Program-made: the position numbers and the translations under genes
The notes under the pieces: model-generated
What the model saw: the letters and a program-made list of their open reading frames with translations, nothing else
What the model was told of the DNA's origin: nothing
The model's database searches: none
Assembly: GCA_965197905.1 (NCBI GenBank)
Contig: CBDAOB010000005.1
Coordinates: 1,376,001-1,440,000 of the forward strand
Length of the DNA stretch: 64,000 bases
From: Candidatus Latescibacterota bacterium
Lineage (GTDB): Bacteria > Latescibacterota > UBA2968 > UBA8231
Reading direction: 5' to 3'
Shown: positions 10,336-20,554 of the stretch, one piece after another
How positions within the stretch are numbered: position 1 is the first letter of the stretch
How the letters are laid out: each line of letters opens with the position of its first letter

Positions 10336-11166
10336 TTAAGCGTCCCCACTATCCTTTGGTTCGCGGATTCTGTAGGTGTTGTACTTCCTCTCTACACTGA
10401 ATCCTGCTCTCTCTGCGGTGCGCTGAGACGCGACGTTCTCTTCCGGACAATGCCAACCCACGTGCCGCAAACCACTGGAGAACGCGTGCTGAACTGCGCC
10501 GTTGGCAGTGAACGATCCCATACCCCGCCGCCTCCACTCCGGCGCTGTCCGAATGCCGATCTCGCAGGTGTCTCCGGCTCTACAGTCTGCAACTGACCAC
10601 GAGACAATCTCCCCTCCGCAAATCGCTACCACGCCAAAGCCCGCACTCAGGAAATGGGAACGTGAGCCCCAGTTGTTGCCGATCCATGAGACGATATGGT
10701 TGGGCAGCGAGAATGTCCCGCTGTCCAGTAGAGCTTGGTCAATTGGCCTGATCGTCACTCCCTCTTCCGGACGCGGAAGTGGCCGCACGTCGTCGACATT
10801 GCTGCACAGGTAGTGCCGTCGGGAAGTAGATACAACCTCGCCCGCCCTCGCAATCTCATCCAACCGGTGCCTCCAGCGGTCGGAAGACACTACAAATTCC
10901 AGATGCCAAATAGCCACGCCCAAGTTCTTTAGGTCGCGGAGATACGACCCGAGGCTGCGGCAGAAAGCCATGTTGTCCGCGTCGCCCGATAGATAGGCGG
11001 CTTCGGGCGACAACACGAACCCAGCGGTTGCGTCAAGCGGATCGTCCACAAGTATCCTCCCCGGATTCGTTCCGTTCAGCACAGCGGCGCAAGAGGCGTG
11101 GAACGAGAAGGGCGCAAACAACGGCTGCGTTTCCTGGCTCTCCGGCGATTTTAGCTCATGGATCAT
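10336..11166 (-). CDS. GNAT family N-acetyltransferase
   Basis: EIGIRTAPEWRRRGMG, WHCPEENVASQRTAERAGF; ATG at 11166 chosen as start. Confidence 0.88.
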   Translation of the reverse strand: MIHELKSPESQETQPLFAPFSFHASCAAVLNGTNPGRILVDDPLDATAGFVLSPEAAYLSGDADNMAFCRSLGSYLRDLKNLGVAIWHLEFVVSSDRWRHRLDEIARAGEVVSTSRRHYLCSNVDDVRPLPRPEEGVTIRPIDQALLDSGTFSLPNHIVSWIGNNWGSRSHFLSAGFGVVAICGGEIVSWSVADCRAGDTCEIGIRTAPEWRRRGMGSFTANGAVQHAFSSGLRHVGWHCPEENVASQRTAERAGFSVERKYNTYRIREPKDSGDA

Positions 11167-11180
11167 CAGGCACGTGACAT

Positions 11181-11300
11181 CGGTTGCGGACGTTGGAAGC
11201 GAAGATGGACGAGATGATTCATCAGCAGCAAGAGACCAATCAGCTGCTATCAAAACTGGCGGGGTATCTGGAAGGGGTCATGAGCCAGGGGCGTCACTGA
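11181..11300 (+). repeat. Copy 2 of the ~110-bp diverged direct repeat
   Basis: Translates RLRTLEAKMDEMIHQQQETNQLLSKLAGYLEGVMSQGRH*. Confidence 0.9.
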
Positions 11301-11749
11301 CCTCGAGGCCAAGGGGCGTTACGCGGCGTAGCTCAACGCGCTGTGTCATGAGAAGCGCCGGTGCGTGGCGCTCATTGCTTGTTAGATGAGTTGTCGATCT
11401 CGTCTGCCCGCAGTAGGCTAATCAAGTTTATCCCAACCTCCCGCAGGTTCTCGAATCCGCCTGTTTGTCGATCGAGGACACAAATAGCTGTCTCCGTAAC
11501 TATGCCGTCACTTTTCAACATGTTGGCCGCATCGATGATCGCGCCGCCGCTGGAAACAACGTCCTCCACCAATACAATCCTCTTCCCAGCTAGATCTGGG
11601 CCCTCAGCGTACTTGCATGTCCCATACTCCTTACGTGTCTTGCGAATAAAAGCCGCTGGAATTTTGGTGTAGTGGCTAAGCAATCAAGTCCCCGGAATTC
11701 GGACAGTGTGTTAAGTTGGACCCAGACCTGACGCGAAAGGATATTTGCC

Positions 11750-12031
11750 ATGGGTACCCGACGTAACTTCTCAGCCGAATTCAAGGCCAAGGTGGCCCTG
11801 GAGGCACTGGTTGGCGACAAGACGCTGGCGGAGCTGGCGGCCAAGCATGACGTGCATCCCAATGTGATCGTACAATGGAAGCGGCAGGCTAAGGAGAGCC
11901 TTCCCGAGGTGTTCGCCAAGAAGACCTCTCGTGGCGCTGCGGACCGTGAGGCGGAGGTGAAGACGCTGCACGCCAAGATCGGCCAGCTTACCGTGGAGAA
12001 CGATTTTTTGTCGAAAGCCTTTGCTCGTTGA
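11750..12031 (+). CDS. IS3 transposase OrfA (HTH)
   Basis: RRNFSAEFKAKVALEA...LHAKIGQLTVENDFL. Confidence 0.9.
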   Translation: MGTRRNFSAEFKAKVALEALVGDKTLAELAAKHDVHPNVIVQWKRQAKESLPEVFAKKTSRGAADREAEVKTLHAKIGQLTVENDFLSKAFAR

Positions 12032-12777
12032 GCCGCGGCCGAAGGGCAGAGATGGTCGAGGAGGATCATCCCCGGCTCAGCATTGTGCGTCAGTGTGAGT
12101 TGGTCAGCATCTCGCGCTCCTCGCACTACTACACGGGCAAGGGTGAGAGCACCCTGAATCTGAAGCTGATGCGTCTACTCGACGCGCAGTTTTTGTCCAC
12201 GCCTTGGTACGGATCGCGGCAGATGGCGCGTCACCTGCGGCGGCAGGGCTTCGGTGTTGGCCGCAAGCGGATTCGCCGATTGATGCGGCAGATGGGTCTG
12301 ACGGCCATCTACCGCAAGCCGCGAACGTCGAATGATCCGGCACATCGGATCTATCCGTATCTGCTCCGGAATGTGCGGATCGATCGGCCGAACCAGGTGT
12401 GGTGCGCCGACATCACCTACATCCCGATGCAACGAGGATTCCAGTATCTGGTGGCAATCATGGACTGGGCGACGCGTACGGTGCTGTCTTGGCGCCTGTC
12501 GAACACGCTGGACAGCGACTTCTGTTGGCGGAGGCTCTGGCCCAGTCGAAGATCCAATACCGACCAGGGGTGCCAATTCACCAGCCAGGACTTCACCCAG
12601 GTACTCGAACAAGCCCCGGTACGGATATCGATGGACGGCAAGGGCCGGTGGATGGACAACGTCTTCATCGAGCGCCTCCGCTCGCTCAAGTACGAGTGTG
12701 TCTACCTGCACGACTTGACCATCGGAACCTGGCTCAGGCTACAACGAGGAAAGACCTCACTCGAGCCACCTCCATGA
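12028..12777 (+). pseudogene. IS3 transposase OrfB (DDE/rve) with several internal deletions
   Basis: WCADITYIP, DQGCQFT, GRWMDNVFIER present; segments between motifs shortened or frameshifted. Confidence 0.85.
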
Positions 12778-13134
12778 CAGAACTCCGATGGAGGAATACA
12801 CGCGGCGAAGGGCAGCCTACCAAAGGATGGGGTCCACTTCTATTCCGCCAAGCTCCAAGCCACAAAGCGCCTCGGTAGCCTCCGGGATAAGCGCTACCAT
12901 CGCCCTTGTTATATCGGAGAGCAAAGCAGGATCAGACTCGAAAAGGTATTTATCGAAGTACCGATTGCTCGTTTTGCCGCTCCGCAAGACGAATTCCCCA
13001 TGAATCTCCGAGGCGTCCTTTATTCTCCAGGCAAGAGTCACTTGTAGTCTCTGTGGTATGCGTTCGTATTTCGACGAAACAACCTGTCGTTGCCGAGGGC
13101 CAAGTCTCTCAGCGCCGCAGCGGAAAGCCGGTAT

Positions 13135-13701
13135 TTATCCGACGCTATCAGTACGTTCAAGTTTCCACTCATGTTCCAGAATCGCGTAGTAGTAGTAGTC
13201 TAGCCACTGTCCGTGTACTAATCTATGTTCTCGAAAAAGCCCCTCTCTTTTCATCCCCAGTTTTTCCATAACATTGGCAGATGCTCCATTTGCTGTCACA
13301 CATTTCGCATAAATCCTGTGTAGGTTTAGTTGATGAAACCCAAGAGTTACAATGGTTTTTGCTGACTCGGTTCCGTAACCGTTGCCCCAGAAGCGAGGAT
13401 TAAAAACATATGCAAGTTCTGCTTCTCGACTTTCGCGGCTACTTCTAGTAAGACTACAGGTTCCAATGAGACCTGAACCCTTTAGGTCGATTGCGAACTG
13501 GTAGCGACTCCGGGGGGTTGCGTCCTGTTCGGCAAGGACCCACTCGATGAAGCGTCGTGTATCCTCTGGTCGGTTGGGACCCCATTCCACATAGCGTACC
13601 ACCCGAGGATCTGAGCTGAACCTGTGAGTCAACTCGAAATCGCCCGCTTCATACTCGCGGAGGATCAGTCGATCGGTCTCAATGGGTTGAATTCCCGCCA
13701 A
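13135..13701 (-). CDS. RimJ/RimL-type GNAT N-acetyltransferase
   Basis: ETDRLILRE, FWGNGYGTE, NGASANVMEKLGMKREG. Confidence 0.9.
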   Translation of the reverse strand: MAGIQPIETDRLILREYEAGDFELTHRFSSDPRVVRYVEWGPNRPEDTRRFIEWVLAEQDATPRSRYQFAIDLKGSGLIGTCSLTRSSRESREAELAYVFNPRFWGNGYGTESAKTIVTLGFHQLNLHRIYAKCVTANGASANVMEKLGMKREGLFREHRLVHGQWLDYYYYAILEHEWKLERTDSVG

Positions 13702-13750
13702 AGGTACTCTCCAAAGCGGTGTCGGTGCGGACCGGTGTCAACCTGATGTT

Positions 13751-14247
13751 TTAAATGCCCGAAGTTTTTAGACTCCAGACACGTAGGGCTTGATCGTGCC
13801 CGGCCCCAGCAAGACCACTCGGGAGCTGATGAGGTGCAAAGTACGTCGGAGTAAGGCCTTCGGCTGTTTCTATTAGGAACCCACCCACTACGCCGCAGGT
13901 GTACACGATCAAAACACCATTCCCTCTCGGATCATCATCGAAGAAGTAGACACCATGCAAATTCGCAACCTGTACGTCTAAGCCTGATTCCTCCTGAACT
14001 TCGCGGCGTACTGCTGTCGTGGGTAACTCATCTACCTCCACATACCCCGCGGGCAGATTCCAGAGACCTTGAAACGGCTCAGTCGTACGTCTAATTAGGA
14101 GGATCTCGTCTGCTTTCTGGACGAGAGCTGCCACTCCAACCTTGAGTTGCTCGTAGTGTATGGTTTCGCAATTGGGACAGTATGCGCGGGATCTGTTTTC
14201 GAAGACCTTAATCTCGACCGCGAACAACTGGGGCAGTAACGGATCAT
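13751..14247 (-). pseudogene. Zn-ribbon NUDIX hydrolase, frameshifted near 14221
   Basis: MIRYCPSC in one frame; YCPNC and Nudix box GYVEVDELPTTAVRREVQEESG in another. Confidence 0.8.
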
Positions 14248-14502
14248 TTGACGGTTTGCGACTGACCAGGAGCAAAGCGACGCCGCGAAAACTGAGCTGT
14301 CTCTCGAGAAGCAATGTAGTTCAAGAAGCGATATCGTTCTTGGGGTCAGGCGCTCGATTCCAAGGACGACAAAGTCCAGTTGCAGAATTCCATAGTGAAA
14401 TATCTGTCTCACACAGGAATCTTAGGATTGGAAATGCGTCTCCTGAGAGATTGGGAAGACGACCCACCCAGTACCATTGCACGGCACTAGAAACAAGGTG
14501 AC

Positions 14503-15393
14503 TTACATCTCGTGAATCTTGCGCGGAATGTGCGGCATCGGCTCCGCCGACGGTCGCACCAGGGTTTCCCCGTCGTCCTCGATGAGGGCCCTGCTGTTCA
14601 TGTACGGGGGCTCGAGGACGGCCTGTTGGACCTCGGTCAGCTCCTTGGTCCATTCGGGCATCTTGTGCTCGCCGTAGTGGTTTGACCCGTATTGCATGTG
14701 TCTGGGACAGTACCGGTATAACAGAGAACGGCGTTCATGATCCGCGGTCCACGGCAGGCCGCCGTGGATAGTGGCCTCCATGAAGATCACCAGGGCGCCC
14801 GCCTTGCAGGCGACGTTGTAGACGCACTCCTTGTCCGAGTTGTGAAGCATGATGTCTTCGGGGCATTTGAAGTTCGCCTTGTGGCTGCCCGGAATAACCG
14901 TGATGCCGCCGTCCCCTGGATTGATGTCGGCCAGCTGATACTGAAACACGGTCAACCCGGAACGAAACTGGCCGTTGGCAAAATTGAAGTTCTGGGCCCC
15001 GTCGACGACTCGGGCGGTGTTGCCATGGAGCCCGTGTCCGCCCTTGCCCTTGCGCGCCCGGATACAGCCGGGCCGGCCTTCCAGCTTCCATCCTCGTCCG
15101 AAGATCGAATTCAAATATGGGATCGCCTTCGGGTGCGCGAGCAGGTCGCGGAATGGCTGGCAGTACGGCTGCGGCCACTCGAGGACCCCGCCGGCGCCGA
15201 ACTCGCTATCCTTGCCGGCCATGCCGCCGCCGTACGGGTTAGGACCGGTCCACATATCTTCGCTCCAGGTCTCGGCATTGATGTCGATGGCTTCGTTCAT
15301 CGCCTTCACCTCCGCGGGCGACAGGATCTGCTTGACGACGAGAAAACCTTGGAGATCGAAGAGAAACTTTTCGCGATCGCTCATTTCCAGCAT
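14503..15393 (-). CDS. PhyH-family Fe(II)/2OG oxygenase with atypical H-G-N motif
   Basis: LFDLQGFLVV, GGITVIPGSHK, EATIHG, RRSLLYRY. Confidence 0.85.
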   Translation of the reverse strand: MLEMSDREKFLFDLQGFLVVKQILSPAEVKAMNEAIDINAETWSEDMWTGPNPYGGGMAGKDSEFGAGGVLEWPQPYCQPFRDLLAHPKAIPYLNSIFGRGWKLEGRPGCIRARKGKGGHGLHGNTARVVDGAQNFNFANGQFRSGLTVFQYQLADINPGDGGITVIPGSHKANFKCPEDIMLHNSDKECVYNVACKAGALVIFMEATIHGGLPWTADHERRSLLYRYCPRHMQYGSNHYGEHKMPEWTKELTEVQQAVLEPPYMNSRALIEDDGETLVRPSAEPMPHIPRKIHEM

Positions 15394-15694
15394 GAGATTT
15401 CCTTTGTTCGGTGTGTTAGTCTGGCAGATAGATTCAAACAAGGTGCCCCAGTCCGTGCACTAAAGATGTCTCCGATGCAGCACAGTTGCAATTGTGGTCA
15501 GTGCTAGGTTGAGAATCAGGAAACTACGACTCTAGCCGTGGTGGCAAATAGGAGCACAGATTCGAGAGCTCTGGGGCAAATGGCGGCACTTTTGGACACG
15601 CGGCCTCACTCCAAGTAACCCGCAATAACCCGCACCTGTTCAGAGGTTTAACGAAACCCTATATTTTTACTCCAATTTGCGAAAACGCCCGGAT

Positions 15695-15741
15695 CAGACT
15701 TTTAATCTGTTTCCCGCAAGTTCGATTCCCGCCCAACTTCA
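15695..15741 (+). pseudogene. Degenerate 3' fragment of tRNA-Lys(TTT), att-site remnant
   Basis: caga-cttttaa-tctg anticodon arm, then gcaag-ttcgatt-cccgc (imperfect T arm). Confidence 0.55.
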
Positions 15742-15874
15742 GACTCAAATCTAACAGACGACTCGCGATTTACTGATTCGAGGATGTCCCGCACTTTCCA
15801 ACGGAAGTTGCAGTGGATTTGTTTTTCCTTCCACGGTTAGTGTCGGCTCCTGTATATGAAAAGAGACTGAATCG

Positions 15875-16630
15875 ATGACGAGTGGTAGGGGGGACCGAAC
15901 ACGGCAGGCGGCCCTGATCAAGCGAGCAACTGAAGGCGACCTCGATGCCTTCAGTCGATTGGTACGAGAGTACCAGGATATGGCGTTAGGCTACGCTGTC
16001 TCGCTGCTGGGCGATTTCCACGTGGCCGAAGACGCAGCTCAGGAAACATTTGTCACGCTATCTGAAAAACTACAAGAGCTACGAGATCCCGTGGCCTTTC
16101 CGGCCTGGTTTCGCACTATCGTGCGGACGGCATGTACGAGACTGACCCGGGGCAAGCGTCTACAGACGATCTCACCAAACGACGCACACAACTGGGTAAT
16201 GGAAGTACCAGTGGAAGCACGAGAAAACATCGAGTCTGACGATGAGGTGATGGCCACAGTCCGATCATTGCCAGAGGCGGAGCGAGCTGTGATCACGTTG
16301 CATTACATAAGCAGCTATTCGCGCCGCGAGATTTCCAGGTTTCTCGGTGGAGGCCCGTATTACACCCGTACCCGGCGCGTGAATGGCCGCCAGATCCGGG
16401 AATACATCGGTGGCGGGATACTGGGCCAGGAGGCCGCTAGAATCGATGCTGAGGCGCGTCAGCAGCGCGAGGAAGAGCGCAGGGCGTGGAAGCAGATGAA
16501 GGCCGATCTTGCGCAGATCGAGCGCGAAATGCGGGCTCACGAAGCCATGTGCAAGACCGCGGTAGCCTGGGTACTGGAAGGTTCGGGCTTCTTCAATCAC
16601 CGAGGGGAATGGAGAAAGCGGAGTGGATGA
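15875..16630 (+). pseudogene. Chimeric ORF: 3'-truncated ECF sigma fused near 16348 to a GPYYTR-type small mobile-element protein
   Basis: AEDAAQETF, AFPAWFRTI, LPEAERAV, YSRREISRFLG then abrupt change to GPYYTRTRRVNGRQIREYIGGG. Confidence 0.75.
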
Positions 16631-16966
16631 GAACGGCCTCCAGAAGTCGATAAACGAGCTCACCAAGGCCGAAAAGAAGCTTTATGATAAGGCCAAGAAG
16701 GGCGATAAGGACGCTCTCCGAGCATTCGAGACAGCTTTGCCGAAGCTCCGAAAGCTCTGGAGTCGCACCTGGTGGACAAGCTGTGCCTCGACAAGTTAGA
16801 GTTCCAAGTCGCACTTATTGACAGACACGCATTCTATCAGAAATGGCAGGAACGCTGTCATCGGCGGTTCCTGTCAGCCTGTAAGACATTGGCTCAGGTG
16901 CGGAAGCTGCTGGGCGTGAATGTGCAGATCAATATTGCTGAGCAGCAGGTGAATGTAGCTGGATGA
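16623..16966 (+). pseudogene. Internally disrupted hypothetical gene, likely mobile-element associated
   Basis: GTG start at 16623 (DENGLQK...AKKGDKDAL); C-terminus HRRFLSACKTLAQVRKL...VQINIAEQQVNVAG lies in another frame. Confidence 0.5.
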
Positions 16967-17059
16967 GCTATCTGAAAGCCGCCATAGCGGCATTAAATGC
17001 GTTGGGAGGGGAGTAAGGCGTGGAATACTTCGAATAGTAGTAGTATCATTAGCTCCGTC

Positions 17060-19412
17060 ATGTTACGCGTTCCCTCCATTCTGGTTGCTCTTGCAACAAT
17101 CATCCTTTCTGCTGGTACCTGTCTGGCCCTTGAAGGTGTTGAAGGTACCGTATTCGACCGCGATAGCGGGGAACCGCTAGGATTTGCCGTCGTGCGGGTA
17201 GTAGGCGAATCGATCGGGACCGTTGCTGACAAGGAGGGTAGCTACGTCATCGCGGGAGTGCCGCCCGGGATCTACACGCTCCAGGCCTCCTTGTTGGGGT
17301 ACGAGTTGCAACGTATCGAAGGGGTGCAGGTTGCAGGAGACGCCCAGGCTCAAGTCGACTTCGCGTTGGAACCAGCTCCCATCACCTTGAGCGAGATCGT
17401 GGTGACGCCGGGCCGATTCGCCATTATGCACGAAGATCCGGTGCGCAAGCAGACCCTCACCAAAGATGATATCCACACCCTGCCTCAGTTGGGCGAGGAT
17501 ATCTACCGCGCCATTAAACGGCTGCCTGGAGTTTCGGGCAACGATTTCTCTGCCAAGTTCACCGTGCGTGGAGGCGAGCACGAGGAAGTTCTGGTCATGC
17601 TGGACGGACTCGAGATGTACGAGCCGTTTCATTTGAAAGACATCTACGGGGGGGCACTCAGCATCGTCGACGTCGTGGCAATCGGCGGGATCGATATGAT
17701 GACCGGGGGGTTCCCGGCCCGGTACGGCAATCACATGAGCGGGGTCTTTGACATTTCGTCCGTAAGACCAAATCCGACGGGCCGCACCGCGGTCGGCATC
17801 AGTTTGATGAACGCCCGTTTTCTCACCGAAGGACAGTACGACAAAGGTCGCGGAAGCTATTTCCTTTCCATGCGCCGCGGCTATCTCGACATCGTTCTGT
17901 CGCTCATGAACGAGGAGGACTTTTCGCCGCAGTACTACGATCTCATGGCCAAGACGGAGTACCGGCTGAACGACCGGCATCTCCTGTCTGCTCATATTCT
18001 GCGTGCCGACGACGATCTCAATGCCGTGGAAAGCGAGGACGGCGACATCGCCAACACCGACTATGCCAACACCTACGGGTGGCTGCGGCTTAGGTCAGCC
18101 ATCGGCGCGAAACTGAGTGCACAGACGGTACTGTCTTTGGGCCAGGTAACTGACGGACGTCGGGGTACCGACTTCAGAAGCTTTTTTTATCGTGACGCCA
18201 CAGATTCGTGGCGAGATCAACTTCACTGGATACGAGATACGCGAGGATCGAACCTTCAACCTCGTCGGCCTGCGGCAGGATTGGAACTGGGAGGCATCCG
18301 CTCGCCAGCATTTCAACTTTGGAGTGGATGCGAAGCGCCTGACCTCCGACTTCGATTATTTCAACTGGGACGTGAAGCAGGTCACCGGATATGTCGCGGG
18401 GGAGATACAGGCGGTCACCGATACCATCGACGTGGAGTTGAAGCCGGATGGCTACGATCTGGGGTTCTACGCTGGGACCCGGTACCGGGTCAGCACCCCC
18501 CTCACCCTAGAGGTCGGCGGCCGCTACGACCATGTTACCTACACCGATGACACCGACTTAAGTCCGCGGGTGAACTTCGTTTACAGTTTGGGAAAGCGAA
18601 CCGCCATCCGCGCCGGATGGGGACAGTTTCATCAGGCCCAAAGCATCAGCGATCTGGATGTGGCGTATGGAGACGCGACGTTTTACCGCAGCCAGCGAGC
18701 TGAGCACCGGGTTGTCGGGCTCGAACACAGTTTCAAAAACGGCGTCGATCTTCGTCTCGAGGGGTATCAGAAGAAGCTCACCCGCATAAGACCTCGCTTC
18801 GAGAATTTTTCCAAGGAGGTTCTATTCTTTCCCGAGCTGGAAGAAGAAAGTGTTTTTCTCGAACCGCACCGCGGCGATGCCCGGGGTCTCGAGCTCTACC
18901 TGAAGAGAGACGTGGGTGGCAGATTCAGCTGGTGGGCGAGCTATGGTATCGCTCGTGCCGAGGAAGGAATTGATGGGACCGATGTGCCGAAGAACCAGGA
19001 TCAGCGTCACACGATCTACTTCGATTGCTATTACCGGTCCAGCCCCCGGTGGCAGATCAACCTTGCCTGGCAGTATCGCTCCGGTTGGCCGTACAGCGAA
19101 CAGATCTACGTTCCGATCGAGGTTCAGGAGGGTGCGTTCCCGTACGACGAGACCTTCGGACCACGCAACGCGCTTCGCCTGCCGCCCTACCATCGGCTGG
19201 ACTTGCGGATCAGCCGCTACTTCAAGCTTCGCGGCGGCCGGCTGGCCCTGTTTGTCGAGGTCATCAACCTCTACGATCGGGGCAACGTTCAAGCTCGCTT
19301 TCCCGGTAATGTCAGCTATCTTGGGCCTGGAACAGATCTGATCGTGGAGGGCACCTCCGACGAAGAATGGTTCCCTCTGCTGCCTTCAGTCGGGGCCAGC
19401 TGGGAGTTCTGA
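17060..19412 (+). CDS. TonB-dependent receptor, frameshifted at a T7 tract (18182-18188)
   Basis: Carboxypeptidase-regulatory-like N-domain, plug motifs LPGV/VRGG/GGFPARYG, barrel LSPRVN, YHRLDLR, terminal WEF; removing one T joins the two ORFs. Confidence 0.88.
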
Positions 19413-19911
19413 CGGCCACAAGACCATCAACCTGCGCGTGGGACCTCGGCGTCGGCGTCTCCTTCGTCGTCGACGTCATCCGGTTCCCGGGACAGGGTCA
19501 CTCCTGAGCCTACCTCGGTATGGGCTTGCGCGCGCGGGCGCCGCCCATCGCACCGGCGCGACCACATCTCCAAGCGAAATTCGACTACGCCTGATTCTGT
19601 CACGGGTACGTGGATGAAGTGTACCTGTGCCGCCGTGACCCTAGCGTCTGCATCCCGTTCGGGAACCGAAATCCACCTCGCACTGCGCTGCTTCGCCGGC
19701 ATTAACTCCACCATCTCCACCTCATCCCTCGCACAGTGAACGATCGCTCCATTCTGCTGCAATAGGTTGGTAACCCCTCTTCTGAGCTCCAGCAAAGCTC
19801 CCCTCAACCTAGTAAGAACCCTAATAGGTTTGTGTTCGATTCTTAAGTAGATTCCTAGTCGGAAAGACAAAAATCGAGTAGACCCCACCCGATTAATCGG
19901 GAGGTACTGAC

Positions 19912-20140
19912 ATGTAACCCGCGGATTGATACGAATCTGCCGTGGGTTTTCGCGCGTCGGCGAAGCCGCCGCAGCTCAATCTCGCGCAGCAAGATGGCCG
20001 GACTGATCAAAGCACGGAAGGTACGCGCAGTCCTCGTCGGTGATGTGATGCGAGTGCGAGTCTGCGATTTGGAAGCGTATCTTGAAGAAAAATATTTCAA
20101 AAAATCGGCTGATTGGGTCACGATTGGGTTCCGGGCATGA
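19912..20140 (+). pseudogene. Degenerate excisionase-like (HTH_17) gene
   Basis: GGAGGT RBS upstream; fragments RVGEAAAA and SISRSKMAGLIKARKVRAVLVGDVMRVRVCDLEAYLEE in different frames. Confidence 0.6.
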
Positions 20141-20147
20141 AAAAAAG

Positions 20148-20193
20148 TGGGGGGAGCAGGACTCGAACCTGCGAAGGCATAAGTCAGTAGATT
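20148..20193 (-). pseudogene. 3' half of a class II tRNA, probably tRNA-Tyr; att-site remnant
   Basis: Reverse complement aatctac-tgacttatgccttc-gcagg ttcgagt cctgc-tcccccca: perfect T arm, long variable arm, no 5' half. Confidence 0.75.
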
Positions 20194-20266
20194 CTGGCGA
20201 GGAGAACAAAATAGGGCTTGAGAAACGTGAAGAAGACCAAAGACAGACTGACTGTGCTAACTGGTA

Positions 20267-20476
20267 ATGAATGAGGCAAACGAAAAAGTGGGAGGAAGTC
20301 GTTTGTTGACCTACCAACAAGCGGCCGACTACCTGGCGGTTGGCCGGACGACGATATTCAAGCTCGTTGGGCGCGGGGACCTGCCGGTTGTTCCAATCGG
20401 TAGGTCGAAACGGATCCGTCCTGAAGATCTAGAGGATTACATTTCCGCACGATTAACTAGGCGGAATAAACGCTAG
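20267..20476 (+). CDS. Excisionase-like HTH_17 DNA-binding protein
   Basis: LLTYQQAADYLAVGRTTIFKLV...IGRSKRIRPEDLEDYI. Confidence 0.88.
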   Translation: MNEANEKVGGSRLLTYQQAADYLAVGRTTIFKLVGRGDLPVVPIGRSKRIRPEDLEDYISARLTRRNKR

Positions 20477-20504
20477 TTTGGGCGCCATTTGGGCGCCAAA
20501 CACA

Positions 20505-20550
20505 AAACAAGAGTTACGAGCGATATTTAAGATCTCGTAACTCTTTGTTT
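20505..20550. terminator. Inverted repeat just downstream of the tRNA-Thr 3' end (terminator or att-associated hairpin)
   Basis: aaacaagagttacgag / ctcgtaactctttgttt. Confidence 0.65.
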
Positions 20551-20554
20551 TTAT

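Larger units (their letters stand above)
11684..12842 (+). mobile_element. Degenerate IS3-family insertion sequence
   Basis: orfA plus orfB; imperfect terminal IRs tcaagtccccggaattcggacag / caaaggatggggtccacttcta; ends approximate. Confidence 0.85.
11372..13041 (-). pseudogene. pyrE: Orotate phosphoribosyltransferase interrupted by an IS3-family element
   Basis: N-part GEFVLRSGKTSNRYFDKY...GLELGGI (12843-13041); C-part AFIRK...EYGT...VLVEDVVSSGG (11372-11683). Confidence 0.88.

Noticed and set aside
10336..14314. Classical integron cassette array (run of small co-oriented GNAT/NUDIX genes)
   Set aside because: No attC-like RYYYAAC...GTTRRRY palindromes seen between the genes and no intI in the window
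19427..19888. 153-aa minus-strand ORF
   Set aside because: No convincing start or motif; probably spans a junction between unrelated fragments
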